Part shown: positions 19,202-29,386 of the stretch, piece after piece
Position numbering within the stretch: the first letter of the stretch is position 1
How the letters are laid out: every line of letters begins with the position of its first letter
DNA from: Nitrosopumilaceae archaeon
GTDB lineage: Archaea > Thermoproteota > Nitrososphaeria > Nitrososphaerales > Nitrosopumilaceae
Reading direction: 5' to 3'
DNA: 64,000 bases
Assembly: GCA_965209085.1 (NCBI GenBank)
Contig: OZ242376.1
Span: 1,344,001 to 1,408,000, forward strand
Notes under the pieces: generated by a model
Seen by the model: the letters and a program-made list of their open reading frames with translations, nothing else
What the model was told of the DNA's origin: nothing
Database searches by the model: none
Position numbers and translations under genes: made by a program

Positions 19202-19657
19202 TTAGAGCAATCCGTATCCGCAAAGTTTCTCAAGTACTGGTTCCAAATATGGCAATATCAATTTTTTATCTACCGGAACGGGTTTTTCAAATTTGATTGG
19301 AAACGTTATGCTGAGCATATCATGATCCGTATGCGATATGCGGATATTGTGATCCGGGTTGTCCTTGTTCACAAATGTTTTCCACATATTTATTCTTGAT
19401 GAGACTGAATCTATTTTCATCTCCAATGTGTTCAGATCTGATTCATAATCTGTGTCAAATATTCCAAATTTTACCATGGGTACCATAAGATATCCTCCAG
19501 GGACAGGAATATGTTCTTGTATTATTTGCGCAATTTCTTCGGATATATTTTGAGGATCTTTTAAGAGATATTCTGGATCAAAATATCCGGCAATTTGTTT
19601 TTTAGAATCAAATATGCGAAAATAGTCATCATCCTCATCCATAGACCATTTTGCCAT
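19202..19657 (-). CDS. Hypothetical protein
   Basis: Protein-like ORF starting MAKWSMD; no recognisable motif. Confidence 0.65.
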   Translation of the reverse strand: MAKWSMDEDDDYFRIFDSKKQIAGYFDPEYLLKDPQNISEEIAQIIQEHIPVPGGYLMVPMVKFGIFDTDYESDLNTLEMKIDSVSSRINMWKTFVNKDNPDHNIRISHTDHDMLSITFPIKFEKPVPVDKKLILPYLEPVLEKLCGYGLL

Positions 19658-20163
19658 GATTAAAAATTGTACAAATGCCATATAAAAAACCATTTGGAAT
19701 GGATTTGGGCTATTGTTAATCTAATTCCCCTAAAATAATATTTTATTAATAGTCAGATCGGATTTAGCGTTATTGCTAGATCTTGATCCAATTTTACGGA
19801 TTTAAGATGGAGATTCATTCATTTTAATTTACGATGACTTGTTAATCATTATTTTGTATATCGTTAGAATGATAAACTGTTGGGGGGGAATTTAATTAGA
19901 CTTCATGCATAATGGGCCAAATTCACAATTTTTACGAATAAAAATGACTGATTTTAATGATTATGCGTAAGGTCTATTGTTAATTACCTTGATTTGATTG
20001 TATTCATGCATGAAGGATTTACGATTACAGTTATCAAGATATGGGATGCAACTCATGAAAGGAGATCGTCTAGGATGCAGATGTTACAATGTCATACGCC
20101 TTTGAGGATTACAATCGACACAGAATGGATGGACACAAATAGTTCGTATATTGTACACATGGT

Positions 20164-20442
20164 ATGTCACTTGAAAAAGATCTACAGGATTATCTAAAAT
20201 CCCAAATTGACTATTATATTGAGGAAGCAGCATCATACAAGCAAATTGCTGAAGGATATGTGCCAGAGATTGACTCTGTAACGGATACTGCCTTTGGCAT
20301 CATAACTGGCTGTACATATATTGCATTTTTGCAGGCATTTCAAACACGGGGAACATCACCATCTTCTGATGATGTAATCGAATTCAACCGCATTGTAAAG
20401 GAACGTTCTGGAGAAATTAGAAAAGCATTAAAGGACAAATAG
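20164..20442 (+). CDS. Hypothetical protein
   Basis: 92-aa helical ORF (DTAFGIITGC.Y..F). Confidence 0.7.
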   Translation: MSLEKDLQDYLKSQIDYYIEEAASYKQIAEGYVPEIDSVTDTAFGIITGCTYIAFLQAFQTRGTSPSSDDVIEFNRIVKERSGEIRKALKDK

Positions 20443-20687
20443 GTCACACATGTAAGCAATTCTAACACAACGGTTGTTTCCATGTTACCAATCAGCATGA
20501 TGTTTATGCAGAATTGATCTTTTGAGCATAAAGTTTTGATTTTATATGCTGTGCGAATATGATCATGGATCTTTTGATCCGTCAAAATTACTTTTTTTGT
20601 TAATTACGAAAAGTCTATTATTTTTTGTGCTGCGCAATTACCCAAGGGTAAGAATACAGTTAAATCCAATTAAAACTAGTCAAGTTT

Positions 20688-21014
20688 GTGCCAGAAATTA
20701 ACGAATTTGTAATACAGCAAATTATAGACAACGGTAAAAATGTTCAGATATCACTTGTTGAAAATGTCAACACTGAACCTATATCACAAAAACAGTTGAT
20801 CAGGGAATCGATAATTAAAAACATAGACAAAGAAACGAAAGATCAGGTCATGCCGCTGCTGGATGCAATACTTCAAGCCCAACCCACCATAAAAATAAAA
20901 TCATATCAGCATACAACCATTACAATTACAATGCCAAAAAACAGGTATGATGGCATGGGTAGACCACAAGTAGGTCAGATAATTGATGTGGACATACGTC
21001 ACACCGGCGTGTAA
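20688..21014 (+). CDS. Hypothetical protein, apparent paralog of 61542-61853
   Basis: Shares EFV..I, V.(I/V)SL and M....Y..MG...VG..(I/V) patterns with 61542-61853. Confidence 0.7.
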   Translation: MPEINEFVIQQIIDNGKNVQISLVENVNTEPISQKQLIRESIIKNIDKETKDQVMPLLDAILQAQPTIKIKSYQHTTITITMPKNRYDGMGRPQVGQIIDVDIRHTGV

Positions 21015-21016
21015 TT

Positions 21017-23047
21017 CTATTTTAAAAGATTCATAACTTGTTGAACCGTTTGTACGGGTGGTGAGCATACAAAATCCTTACATACGTATGCCAAAGGTTT
21101 TTCTCCAAATTCTTTTCCCGTAAAGAATTCATATTTTAAAAGATTCTTCAAAGTATCTACGTCAGGTATTGAAATTAAAATCGATTCTGGCAGAAATTTT
21201 GTAGATAATTTGGACAAAATATCTCCAGTAGGATTCCCCGTTACCGTTATTTCTAGAGGTTTTTGCAGATATGCGTATATCAAATTTAGCAGATATCCAA
21301 ATCCAAACGGATTTTCTGCGGCAGTCTGAGCCTGAGAATGCATTACACTCTTGGATGCTGAAAGATATTTTTCATCATGTGTTATGCGATACAGACGCAA
21401 CATTGCGCAAGATGCCACGGAATTTCCCGAAGGTGTTGAAAGATCATAATTGTTCTTTGGTCGCAAAATAAGATCATCGCATTCTTTTGAAACCATGTAA
21501 AATCCCCCTTCCCCGTCCCAAAAATGCTCTAACATTGTATCACATTCTTTTTTGGCACGCTCAAGATATCTCACATCAGGTGAGTTTTCAAACACATCAA
21601 GCAGTGCAATCGCATAGCATGCATGATCATCAAGATATGCGCCTATGCGTGCGTTGTTGTTCCTATATGTATGAAGCAGATCATCGTTGTGGTGCATTTT
21701 ATCACGGATAAATTCCAAGCATGATTGTGCAGTATGCAGGTATTTTTCTTCGTCTAAAATACGGGCACCTTTTGCCATTGCTGTAATCATCAGAGAATTC
21801 CACGATGTCAGCATTTTGTCGTCAAGTCCAGGTTTGCTTCGAGTTGATCTCACATCCAAAAGTTTTTTGGCACATCTTTGTATCACATTGTATATCTCGT
21901 TTGGTTTTCGTCCATCATGAAATGCCACAGATGAAATGTCCACATTGTTGCATAAAATTGTCTTACCTTCCCAATTCCCTCCATCAGTTACGTCATAATA
22001 AAGACAAAATGCATCAAAATCCCTGCCTGTGCCAAGTATTTCTCGAATTTCTTTTTTTGACCATACATAGTATTTTCCTTCTTCCTCGTCAGTGTCTGCA
22101 TCCTGTGTCGAATAAAAATAACCCTCAGGGGACGTCATCTCTTTTAGAGTATAGTCGAGTGTTTTTTTCATCACATCTAGATAAAAATTATCAGATGTAA
22201 TCTGATACGCCTCAGCATAGTTTACCGACAACAATGCGTTATCGTACAGCATTTTTTCAAAATGAGGTACCAGCCATCTTGCATCTGTTGAATATCTGTG
22301 AAATCCTCCACCGATTTGATCAAATATTCCACCCCTAGCCATTTTACGCAGTGTCAAAAGCGCAAAATTGGTAAATTTTGAAATGCCAGATAGTTGTCCA
22401 TACCTAAAGAGAAAAGAAATGTTGGCAGCACTTGGGAATTTTGGAGCACTGCCAAACCCACCATGCGTCATATCCCCCATTTGAAGCAGGTTCACGGCAG
22501 CCTCGTCTAGAATTGATTTTTCAACAGGTATATTTTTTGATACTATAGGTCTGCAAAGCTGTTCTACAAAAGTTTCCGCTTTTTTTACAACATCCCCATG
22601 ATTTTCCCTCCATGCTTGCGCAAGCTGTCGTGTTATGCTGCCAAAACCAGGTCTGCCATACGAATCAAGTGGTGGAAAATACGTTCCAACGTAGAACGGT
22701 TTTTTTTCAGGTGTAAGAAATACGCTAAGAGGCCAGCCACCCTGTCCTGTAACTATCTGACATGCTTTTTGGTAAATATCATCAATGTCTGGTCTCTCTT
22801 CCTTGTCCACTTTTATGCTGACAAAATTATCGTTTAAAATCTGCGCAATATCCTGATTTTCAAACGATTCGTGTGCCATGACGTGACACCAATGACACGA
22901 GCTGTACCCTATGCTCAAAAATATTGGTTTGTTTTCAGATTTTGCTTTTTCCAAGGATTCAGAATTCCACCCATACCAGTCCACGGGATTTTTCGCATGT
23001 TGTAAAAGATACGGACTAGATTCCAATCCAAGTCTATTTTCTCCCAT
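21017..23047 (-). CDS. Thioredoxin-domain protein of the YyaL/SSP411 (DUF255) family
   Basis: [51 protein letters not shown]. Confidence 0.92.
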   Translation of the reverse strand: MGENRLGLESSPYLLQHAKNPVDWYGWNSESLEKAKSENKPIFLSIGYSSCHWCHVMAHESFENQDIAQILNDNFVSIKVDKEERPDIDDIYQKACQIVTGQGGWPLSVFLTPEKKPFYVGTYFPPLDSYGRPGFGSITRQLAQAWRENHGDVVKKAETFVEQLCRPIVSKNIPVEKSILDEAAVNLLQMGDMTHGGFGSAPKFPSAANISFLFRYGQLSGISKFTNFALLTLRKMARGGIFDQIGGGFHRYSTDARWLVPHFEKMLYDNALLSVNYAEAYQITSDNFYLDVMKKTLDYTLKEMTSPEGYFYSTQDADTDEEEGKYYVWSKKEIREILGTGRDFDAFCLYYDVTDGGNWEGKTILCNNVDISSVAFHDGRKPNEIYNVIQRCAKKLLDVRSTRSKPGLDDKMLTSWNSLMITAMAKGARILDEEKYLHTAQSCLEFIRDKMHHNDDLLHTYRNNNARIGAYLDDHACYAIALLDVFENSPDVRYLERAKKECDTMLEHFWDGEGGFYMVSKECDDLILRPKNNYDLSTPSGNSVASCAMLRLYRITHDEKYLSASKSVMHSQAQTAAENPFGFGYLLNLIYAYLQKPLEITVTGNPTGDILSKLSTKFLPESILISIPDVDTLKNLLKYEFFTGKEFGEKPLAYVCKDFVCSPPVQTVQQVMNLLK

Positions 23048-23063
23048 TATTTTGATCGCCCCA

Positions 23064-23294
23064 TCATATCCCAGGTTTACCTTCAGAGATCTCGTATATT
23101 GCCACATTTATCTTGTTTAGCAATTTTATTTTTGATTTTTGCGCTTTTTTGTTACCATCATAGTCTTTTTTTTCCACCAAACCTTCAAGCAGTTGCAGCT
23201 GTTCAAGATTCAATGGTTTAAGTCCTTTTTTTTCCACAATGCCCAAAAGATGTATGCGTTCCTTATCTTCCTTTTTCAGCTTATAATCTGTCAA
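23064..23294 (-). CDS. Small basic hypothetical protein
   Basis: Helical Lys-rich ORF; probable TTG start at 23294 (frame open to 23357). Confidence 0.6.
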   Translation of the reverse strand: MTDYKLKKEDKERIHLLGIVEKKGLKPLNLEQLQLLEGLVEKKDYDGNKKAQKSKIKLLNKINVAIYEISEGKPGI

Positions 23295-23421
23295 ACCTAT
23301 GTGTATGATAACGGGTTTAAATGCTAATAATTGTTGCCATGTATCAGGATATTTCATCTAGGCGGCCAATATGCGTGTTTGAGACAAAAATCTAAAAATA
23401 TCGGCAGTAAAGAGTAGGTAT

Positions 23422-24453
23422 ATGGTAAATATGCGTGCAATGGTGCTCTCAAAGCTTGGACCCATAGAAGAGTCCCCATTAAAGATGACCCAGATAGAAA
23501 GGCACGAGATAAAAGATCCGGACGAGATTTTATTAAAAATAGAAGCCTGCGGAGTGTGTCGCTCACAGCTTCACGGCATAGAAGGTGATTGGAAAGATCA
23601 TGGAATACCGCCGGGGCTTCCCACGATTCCAGGTCATGAGATAGTCGGTTCCGTGGTAGAGATTGGGGAAAAAGTCACAAAGTTTCAGACAGGCGATCGC
23701 GCAGGAGTCTCGCCACTTTTAAAATCATGCAGGGTATGCGATTATTGTAAAAAAGGCAAAGAGCAATTGTGCGAATCCATGGAGATACTTGGTGAAACGC
23801 TAAAGGGAGGATATGCCGAGTACGTCACAGTTTCTGAGGATTTTGCCACAAAGATTCCCTCTGAAATGAAATCAGAATACGCTGCACCTCTCTTTTGTGC
23901 AGGAGTTACAGCATACGGTTCTATAAGGGCAAGCGAACCGGCACCTGGAAGAAAAATCGGGATATTCGGTATAGGTGGCGTAGGTCACATGGCAGTACAG
24001 TTTGGAAAACTGGAAAAATTGGAAATGGTTGCAGTTTCTAGAAATCAAAAACATTTAGATCTTGCAAAAAGACTTGGTGCTGTACATACGGTATCGTATT
24101 CGGATGCGGCGACAACTTTGGACGAGATAAGATCAAAAACAGGACTGCTTGATGCCGCGATAGTTTTTGCCCCGTCAGACGATGTTACAGAGCTTGCCAT
24201 AAACTCTGTAAAAAAAGGAGGGCTTGTTGTAATTGCCACCGTGGGAGAAATAAAAGGGTTCATTGCATTTGATGAGAAAACCATACGCGGCACGGTAATA
24301 GGATCACCTAAAGACATGGAAGAAGTCATAAGAATTGCACATGAAAATGATATAGAGGTGGTATACGAGACGTATCCTCTTGAAAAAGCAAATGAAGTTT
24401 TGTTAAAACTTAAAAACTCCCAAATTGAGGCAAGAGCGGTTCTTATTCCGTAA
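23422..24453 (+). CDS. Zn-dependent alcohol dehydrogenase (MDR family)
   Basis: CGVCRS, PGHE, CRVCDYC.......C structural Zn site, GIGGVG. Confidence 0.9.
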   Translation: MVNMRAMVLSKLGPIEESPLKMTQIERHEIKDPDEILLKIEACGVCRSQLHGIEGDWKDHGIPPGLPTIPGHEIVGSVVEIGEKVTKFQTGDRAGVSPLLKSCRVCDYCKKGKEQLCESMEILGETLKGGYAEYVTVSEDFATKIPSEMKSEYAAPLFCAGVTAYGSIRASEPAPGRKIGIFGIGGVGHMAVQFGKLEKLEMVAVSRNQKHLDLAKRLGAVHTVSYSDAATTLDEIRSKTGLLDAAIVFAPSDDVTELAINSVKKGGLVVIATVGEIKGFIAFDEKTIRGTVIGSPKDMEEVIRIAHENDIEVVYETYPLEKANEVLLKLKNSQIEARAVLIP

Positions 24454-24514
24454 AATTATTCAGATCCCCCATGGTGGCCTTTTCGCTTAAATATCCGTAC
24501 ACATGCATACATTC

Positions 24515-24667
24515 GTGCTTTGTAACAAATGTCATCACGCAGATTTAATTCATGCACCTCCAAAAAACACCAATGAGCCGTTTAATCGTGGAACATGCGG
24601 CGTTCCAGGATGTGCATGTTCATCTTATGTAGATGCAATATCCAAGATAGATGAAGACCTTCTCTGA
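24515..24667 (+). CDS. Small Cys/His-rich protein, 50 aa (absent from the ORF track)
   Basis: GTG start (in-frame ATG also at 24503) reads MLCNKCHHADLIHAPPKNTNEPFNRGTCGVPGCACSSYVDAISKIDEDLL; TTAAATAT box at 24487-24494. Confidence 0.7.
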   Translation: MLCNKCHHADLIHAPPKNTNEPFNRGTCGVPGCACSSYVDAISKIDEDLL

Positions 24668-24700
24668 TAATTCATATACCAGGAATTCGATCATAATGTT

Positions 24701-24955
24701 ATGGGGAAACACGTTCCTGTAACCACTGCATTGGCACATCTTGATGCACTGATTTCAAAAATGAACGCACTAGAGGCCAATTCATCGAATGAAAAATATG
24801 CCGATCTTTTTGGTGCCGTCAGGATTCTAGCCGAAGGGCAAAAAAACTCCCTAGTAGAGACGGACCATTTGAAAAAAGCCATAGATCTGCTAACGTTGGA
24901 GCTTTTCAAGGTAAATTCCAGGCTCAATTCTGGCGAGAAAACGGCAAATCGGTAA
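24701..24955 (+). CDS. Hypothetical helical/coiled-coil protein
   Basis: Amphipathic helical ORF (LKKAIDLLTLELFKV). Confidence 0.65.
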   Translation: MGKHVPVTTALAHLDALISKMNALEANSSNEKYADLFGAVRILAEGQKNSLVETDHLKKAIDLLTLELFKVNSRLNSGEKTANR

Positions 24956-24989
24956 AGTGTTAAATTCTGCCGTATGTGATGCGTGATAA

Positions 24990-25346
24990 ATGTCCGATCC
25001 TCATAACTATCGAAAGGCGGGTTACTCCATGATTGTTGTATCAGCCTCTTTGGTAATCATAGCCTTGATTGGTCTTGCCATAGGTGGTGATGTCCTGTAT
25101 GGAGACAATATTCAAAGGGATAAGACGGCTCATTTTGAGGAATGCCTCAAAACTGATTTTATAGCAGAAAGCTGTCAGCCATACATGGTGCACATGAAAT
25201 ATGAACAGTGTGTGGCAGAAAAAAATCTAGACGATCCGGAGTGCTTTAGATACAGGACATGGGTAGAGTCTGCAATATTTGAAGAATGCCGCGCAAACAA
25301 TGACACGACAAGCATGTTATGTCTAAAATATGACGGAAGATACTAG
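24990..25346 (+). CDS. Membrane-anchored protein with three paired-Cys repeats
   Basis: N-terminal TM segment, then three (F/Y)E.C-x9-10-C..Y units. Confidence 0.7.
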   Translation: MSDPHNYRKAGYSMIVVSASLVIIALIGLAIGGDVLYGDNIQRDKTAHFEECLKTDFIAESCQPYMVHMKYEQCVAEKNLDDPECFRYRTWVESAIFEECRANNDTTSMLCLKYDGRY

Positions 25347-26038
25347 TTTCCATTCAGATAATCTTCCCAATAGTTTGAGCCTTTTGTAAGTTTGTTCATC
25401 GAATAAAGTGATCCTCCCACTATTCCGGCATGATAAAACGTATAAAGATAGATAACGGAATTTGTCGGATCACTTTGTGTAAGGGTTAGAAACATCATCA
25501 TGAAAAAAATAAATGATCCTGCCAGTGTAAATATGTTTGAAAACATCCCCCGCATCCCGACAACGCGGCGTGTGGCAGCTGCCATCAAAGATATGCTGGA
25601 TATTATCAGGAAAACTGCCCCTCCGTTGTTTGTGACGTAATCGTATGTCCAGTTTACAAGACCAACTTCCAATATTCCGGATATTGGCGATATGCTTCCT
25701 CCATTTATTGCAAAACTTACAGAACTGAACATACTTCCAATAACAAACAAAAACAGAAAAATCTTCGATATTGAGCGTTTGAGTTGACTGCGGGTTTCGC
25801 TAGGATTAGTGGCCTGATCCGTTATGCGTTTTCCATACATGAATCCCAAACCAATTGCGGGAATAAACATTATCGATATCAACGTGGTTGATTCCTGGTT
25901 TATGCTCTCAATATATGGATAAAATACAAAAAATGTCAAAACAGCCGCTGCAAAGGATCCCCCAAATATTATCAGATTTGTGTACCTGCCGCCGGATTTT
26001 TGCTGGCTTTCGTCCCATTCAAACATAATACTAGTCAC
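25343..26038 (-). CDS. Hypothetical multi-pass membrane protein
   Basis: About 6 hydrophobic segments. Confidence 0.75.
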   Translation of the reverse strand: MTSIMFEWDESQQKSGGRYTNLIIFGGSFAAAVLTFFVFYPYIESINQESTTLISIMFIPAIGLGFMYGKRITDQATNPSETRSQLKRSISKIFLFLFVIGSMFSSVSFAINGGSISPISGILEVGLVNWTYDYVTNNGGAVFLIISSISLMAAATRRVVGMRGMFSNIFTLAGSFIFFMMMFLTLTQSDPTNSVIYLYTFYHAGIVGGSLYSMNKLTKGSNYWEDYLNGN

Positions 26039-26106
26039 ATAATCAGATTAAAGAAAAGGACAGAAAATCATTTGCCTAAATTATCAACTCTCTTTTACGC
26101 CACGCA

Positions 26107-27312
26107 TCATGAAAATCCGGCAGTTATCGGGTTTTCAGGCTTTATTATCTCCCGAAGGACTATTGTGGCATAAGAGCCCCTAGAGAGGGTAAATTCCACC
26201 AGTCCGTTTTTTGTGGTGCATTCAGAGCATGTCAGCATTGCACTCCTAAATCCCCCCTCGATGCCAGCCTCTTGCATATGGGGTATAAAAAAATCCTTTG
26301 CGGAGATTTCTTCCTGTTCCAATATCTGCTGTACATAATGGTCAAACCGGGTTTTTTTATAATAAGAATGACCCACCAATGGAAATGCAATTGCGCGTAT
26401 TTTTTCACCCGGTATTGCACGTCCTAGGATTCCATCAGCATCAAAACATACGTCTTTTTCCTGCGGCATCCTGAGATCCTCTCCGGCCTGTACTGCCATG
26501 GTTATGGTTTTGTTAAAGATGTATGATTGAAACGACTGGACAAAAAATTTGCGCATGCGGTATGGAAGCGCCCGGATTGCAGATTCAGTAGACCCTCCCT
26601 GCACAATTTCAGATATTGCCGTACGCTCCAAATCCATGTCTGTCGGAATTTTTTCAAGTATTTGTGAAAATTTTGAAAAATCCCCCAGCTGCTTGCGAAT
26701 GTTTGTACGTTCTGCTGTATCGTATTCGGACGTTACAGACAGCAAAGCCTGAAGTGCGCCATCATAATTTCCAGTCAGAATGTATTTTCCTATTTTGTGT
26801 GAAATTGGTCTTCCGGAACCGAATCTTTGGTATCCAAAATAATTTAATATATTCTCGTATTCGTCAAATTCTGACAGGTTTGCATCAGTGCCTGAAACTT
26901 TTATGGAAAATCTGTTTCCTATCATGTCTTTGGCCGTAAGTGGACGTTTGGAAAACCCAATATGTTTTATTGAAAACCTGCGTCCATCATATTTTAAAAT
27001 TCTTCCCGTCTTGAACATGGCGCATACGTACTGTGAGGTAACGGCACGCGAATCTTTGAGTCCTAGCGCCTTGAGTCGCACGCCGGTCTTCTTTTGAACC
27101 TCCGTTAATGCGTGGTTTGTATCTATTCCGTTTTTTTCAAGTTTGTATACGGCATATCCGGCATCTGCTGTAATTTTGGACAGAGTTTTTTCACCAAGTA
27201 CTTCGTGCACTACAAAATCTTCTCGTTTTTCTTTTATTGAACCGCCAGTACCTGGCGCTTTAGTGCTGTACAAACCCATGCCAACAAGCATGTCAAGTTT
27301 TGGAACGTTCAA
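26107..27312 (-). CDS. truD: tRNA pseudouridine(13) synthase TruD
   Basis: EDFVV.E, GLKDSRAVT.Q, GNRF.I, NYFGYQRFG, L.RGSYAT..LRE. Confidence 0.93.
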   Translation of the reverse strand: MNVPKLDMLVGMGLYSTKAPGTGGSIKEKREDFVVHEVLGEKTLSKITADAGYAVYKLEKNGIDTNHALTEVQKKTGVRLKALGLKDSRAVTSQYVCAMFKTGRILKYDGRRFSIKHIGFSKRPLTAKDMIGNRFSIKVSGTDANLSEFDEYENILNYFGYQRFGSGRPISHKIGKYILTGNYDGALQALLSVTSEYDTAERTNIRKQLGDFSKFSQILEKIPTDMDLERTAISEIVQGGSTESAIRALPYRMRKFFVQSFQSYIFNKTITMAVQAGEDLRMPQEKDVCFDADGILGRAIPGEKIRAIAFPLVGHSYYKKTRFDHYVQQILEQEEISAKDFFIPHMQEAGIEGGFRSAMLTCSECTTKNGLVEFTLSRGSYATIVLREIIKPENPITAGFS

Positions 27313-27314
27313 TT

Positions 27315-28877
27315 TCAGGACCGTACTAGTATGTCCACATACGAGGATACTGCAACATCGCCAGTATCAGCTCCGATTATTACCTTGTATGTTCCATCAG
27401 GTACGGTATCATCCACAAAAATCCGAATATTGACAGTCTTGGTTTCTTTAACGGTAAATGCGTCTTTGTCATACTCTAGTACAATTCCATCTTTTGGGAC
27501 ATTGTGGGAAATTTTTACCCTCTCTGCAGTATCTCCAATTACAGATACGGTTACATCAATGCTGCCGGATTCTCCGCTGGTAATTTTTACCGTATCAGAG
27601 TCAAATTTTACGTCAATTGGGAGCTCTTTTGAGATATCCAAAACTCCAATGTTGTTCTCCACCCATTCAGTAAACCACACTTTTTGATCATGTACGTCAA
27701 ATCCAAAAATCTGTGCCAAACCGCAGTTGTGTGCAATTCCACAATCTGCCCAGTTGGGGTTTGCAGACGGTATTGCATATTCTACAAGTCGGGATTGGGC
27801 AGGGTTTAGAACGCCTATACGGTTTCCGGTCTGTTCGTTGAATATAATTAGATCACCGTACGTTTCAAGCCAGTATGGTCTAGATACTGGATCAAGTATG
27901 AGACCGGTTGCGTTCCCATATGATGATACAGGCGGAGGCAGAGTCACATATTCGATGAACGATTCAGATTGTTTGTCAAATTTGTACAAAGAGCTTGACG
28001 AGGTATCTGCAATCCAAATAAAACCATTAGAATCTACTGCCAGACCGTTTGGAGTTTGGGTTTTTTCTGGTAAATCTATGGCTTTGATGTATCCATCAAG
28101 TGATGAATTTTCACCAGTGTTTGCCTCATATCCGTCATGATCAAAACTAACAAGTACTCCCGGGCCTCCAAAAATCCAATTTGTATACCAGATGTATCCT
28201 CCGTCTAGTGCAAAATCAGATGTGAAAGATTTCGGAAGCGGTGATGGAATGCTCATAAATTGAGAAGATGCGCCACTCTGTGTAGTCTGTTCTATGAACG
28301 ATATTTGTGCCCCAGTAAAATCATTTATTATAATAGAAGAGCCGTCCACCTCGATCTTTTGTGGGAATGCATCAGTATCCGAATATGCTATGCGGCTGTA
28401 TTTTTTATCCAGTATTGAGAACCGCCATATGGTATCGTATGCATCATCAGTATACCACATGGAACCGTCAGGTGAATAATCCATTCCCCACATCATACTT
28501 CTTCCCGATTCAGGCCAGGCCTCGTTTTCAAATTCCGTAAACGTTTCAGTTGATGGCTCAAAGCTTGCAATGTTTCCAGTATTGGTCTGTGCAAACCATA
28601 CGGTTCCCTGCGGATCCACTTTTATGGCAAGGGGTTGGGTACATGCCGTAGGTATTTCATATTCTGTCACATAGCGTCCCGATTGCGGACCTTTGGTACT
28701 GCAAAACTGTTTCCTTTGTGCGTCAGGAAAGCTGTCAGCGGGAGTTCCGGTTATGGTATCTTCTACAGGTTGTAGTTCATTTGGGATTGATCCGGGTATT
28801 GCAATCAATACTCCAGATGATATCATGATTCCTCCCAAAAATACAAACATTATCAAACCCTTTGTACGCGTTTTCAC
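27315..28877 (-). CDS. Membrane-anchored beta-propeller (Vgb lyase-like) with C-terminal Ig-like domain
   Basis: N-terminal TM; repeated D..G.(V/I/M)W(F/Y/I) blades; FTEWVENNIG. Confidence 0.8.
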   Translation of the reverse strand: MKTRTKGLIMFVFLGGIMISSGVLIAIPGSIPNELQPVEDTITGTPADSFPDAQRKQFCSTKGPQSGRYVTEYEIPTACTQPLAIKVDPQGTVWFAQTNTGNIASFEPSTETFTEFENEAWPESGRSMMWGMDYSPDGSMWYTDDAYDTIWRFSILDKKYSRIAYSDTDAFPQKIEVDGSSIIINDFTGAQISFIEQTTQSGASSQFMSIPSPLPKSFTSDFALDGGYIWYTNWIFGGPGVLVSFDHDGYEANTGENSSLDGYIKAIDLPEKTQTPNGLAVDSNGFIWIADTSSSSLYKFDKQSESFIEYVTLPPPVSSYGNATGLILDPVSRPYWLETYGDLIIFNEQTGNRIGVLNPAQSRLVEYAIPSANPNWADCGIAHNCGLAQIFGFDVHDQKVWFTEWVENNIGVLDISKELPIDVKFDSDTVKITSGESGSIDVTVSVIGDTAERVKISHNVPKDGIVLEYDKDAFTVKETKTVNIRIFVDDTVPDGTYKVIIGADTGDVAVSSYVDILVRS

Positions 28878-28949
28878 GATTATGCTTGGACAAAGTCCTT
28901 GTTATATCTGATGTTTTTTTGAAAGATATCTGTGTGTATTTGACCGTAA

Positions 28950-29297
28950 TTAAAGAAGTTTCAGCTCGCCTGTGAGCCGGTCTATATGCTCTTCTGGTGC
29001 AGGTCCCAATGCCAGACATGTAACTGTTCCAGGCGCTATCTGGGTTCTGCCTGCATCCTCGATTATGCACCAGGGGATGGCAAGTGTAATGGCATCTTTT
29101 TTTATTTTGTCAAGCTCGACAGGTCCCGGCACTTTGAGCACAATTTTTGGCTGACCCACCTCTAGCCATTTGTGTACCCATTGTGAATTATTATTCATAG
29201 AGGCGGTAACGCTTGCATGTCCCACCTGTGCTGCGATCTTTCCCTTACCCATGCCAAGATCCGTACGCACTATTATGACCAGTTTTATGTTTCCCAT
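28950..29297 (-). CDS. pth2: Peptidyl-tRNA hydrolase Pth2
   Basis: VRTDL.MGKGKIAAQVGHA, DAGRTQI.PGT.T. Confidence 0.95.
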   Translation of the reverse strand: MGNIKLVIIVRTDLGMGKGKIAAQVGHASVTASMNNNSQWVHKWLEVGQPKIVLKVPGPVELDKIKKDAITLAIPWCIIEDAGRTQIAPGTVTCLALGPAPEEHIDRLTGELKLL

Positions 29298-29386
29298 ACA
29301 GTATGTTGTTGTGCAGTGCGGTTAAAGTGTTGACGGTGTTTTGAGAGTACCTAGTTAAATATTCCCAGTATACACGTACATACTGC

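Noticed and set aside
20340-20585. 81-aa minus-strand ORF
   Set aside because: Overlaps a better + strand gene and has no recognisable motif
27315-28877. Vgb-like protein as an antibiotic resistance gene
   Set aside because: Only the propeller repeat pattern is shared; the membrane anchor and Ig-like tail suggest a generic surface protein
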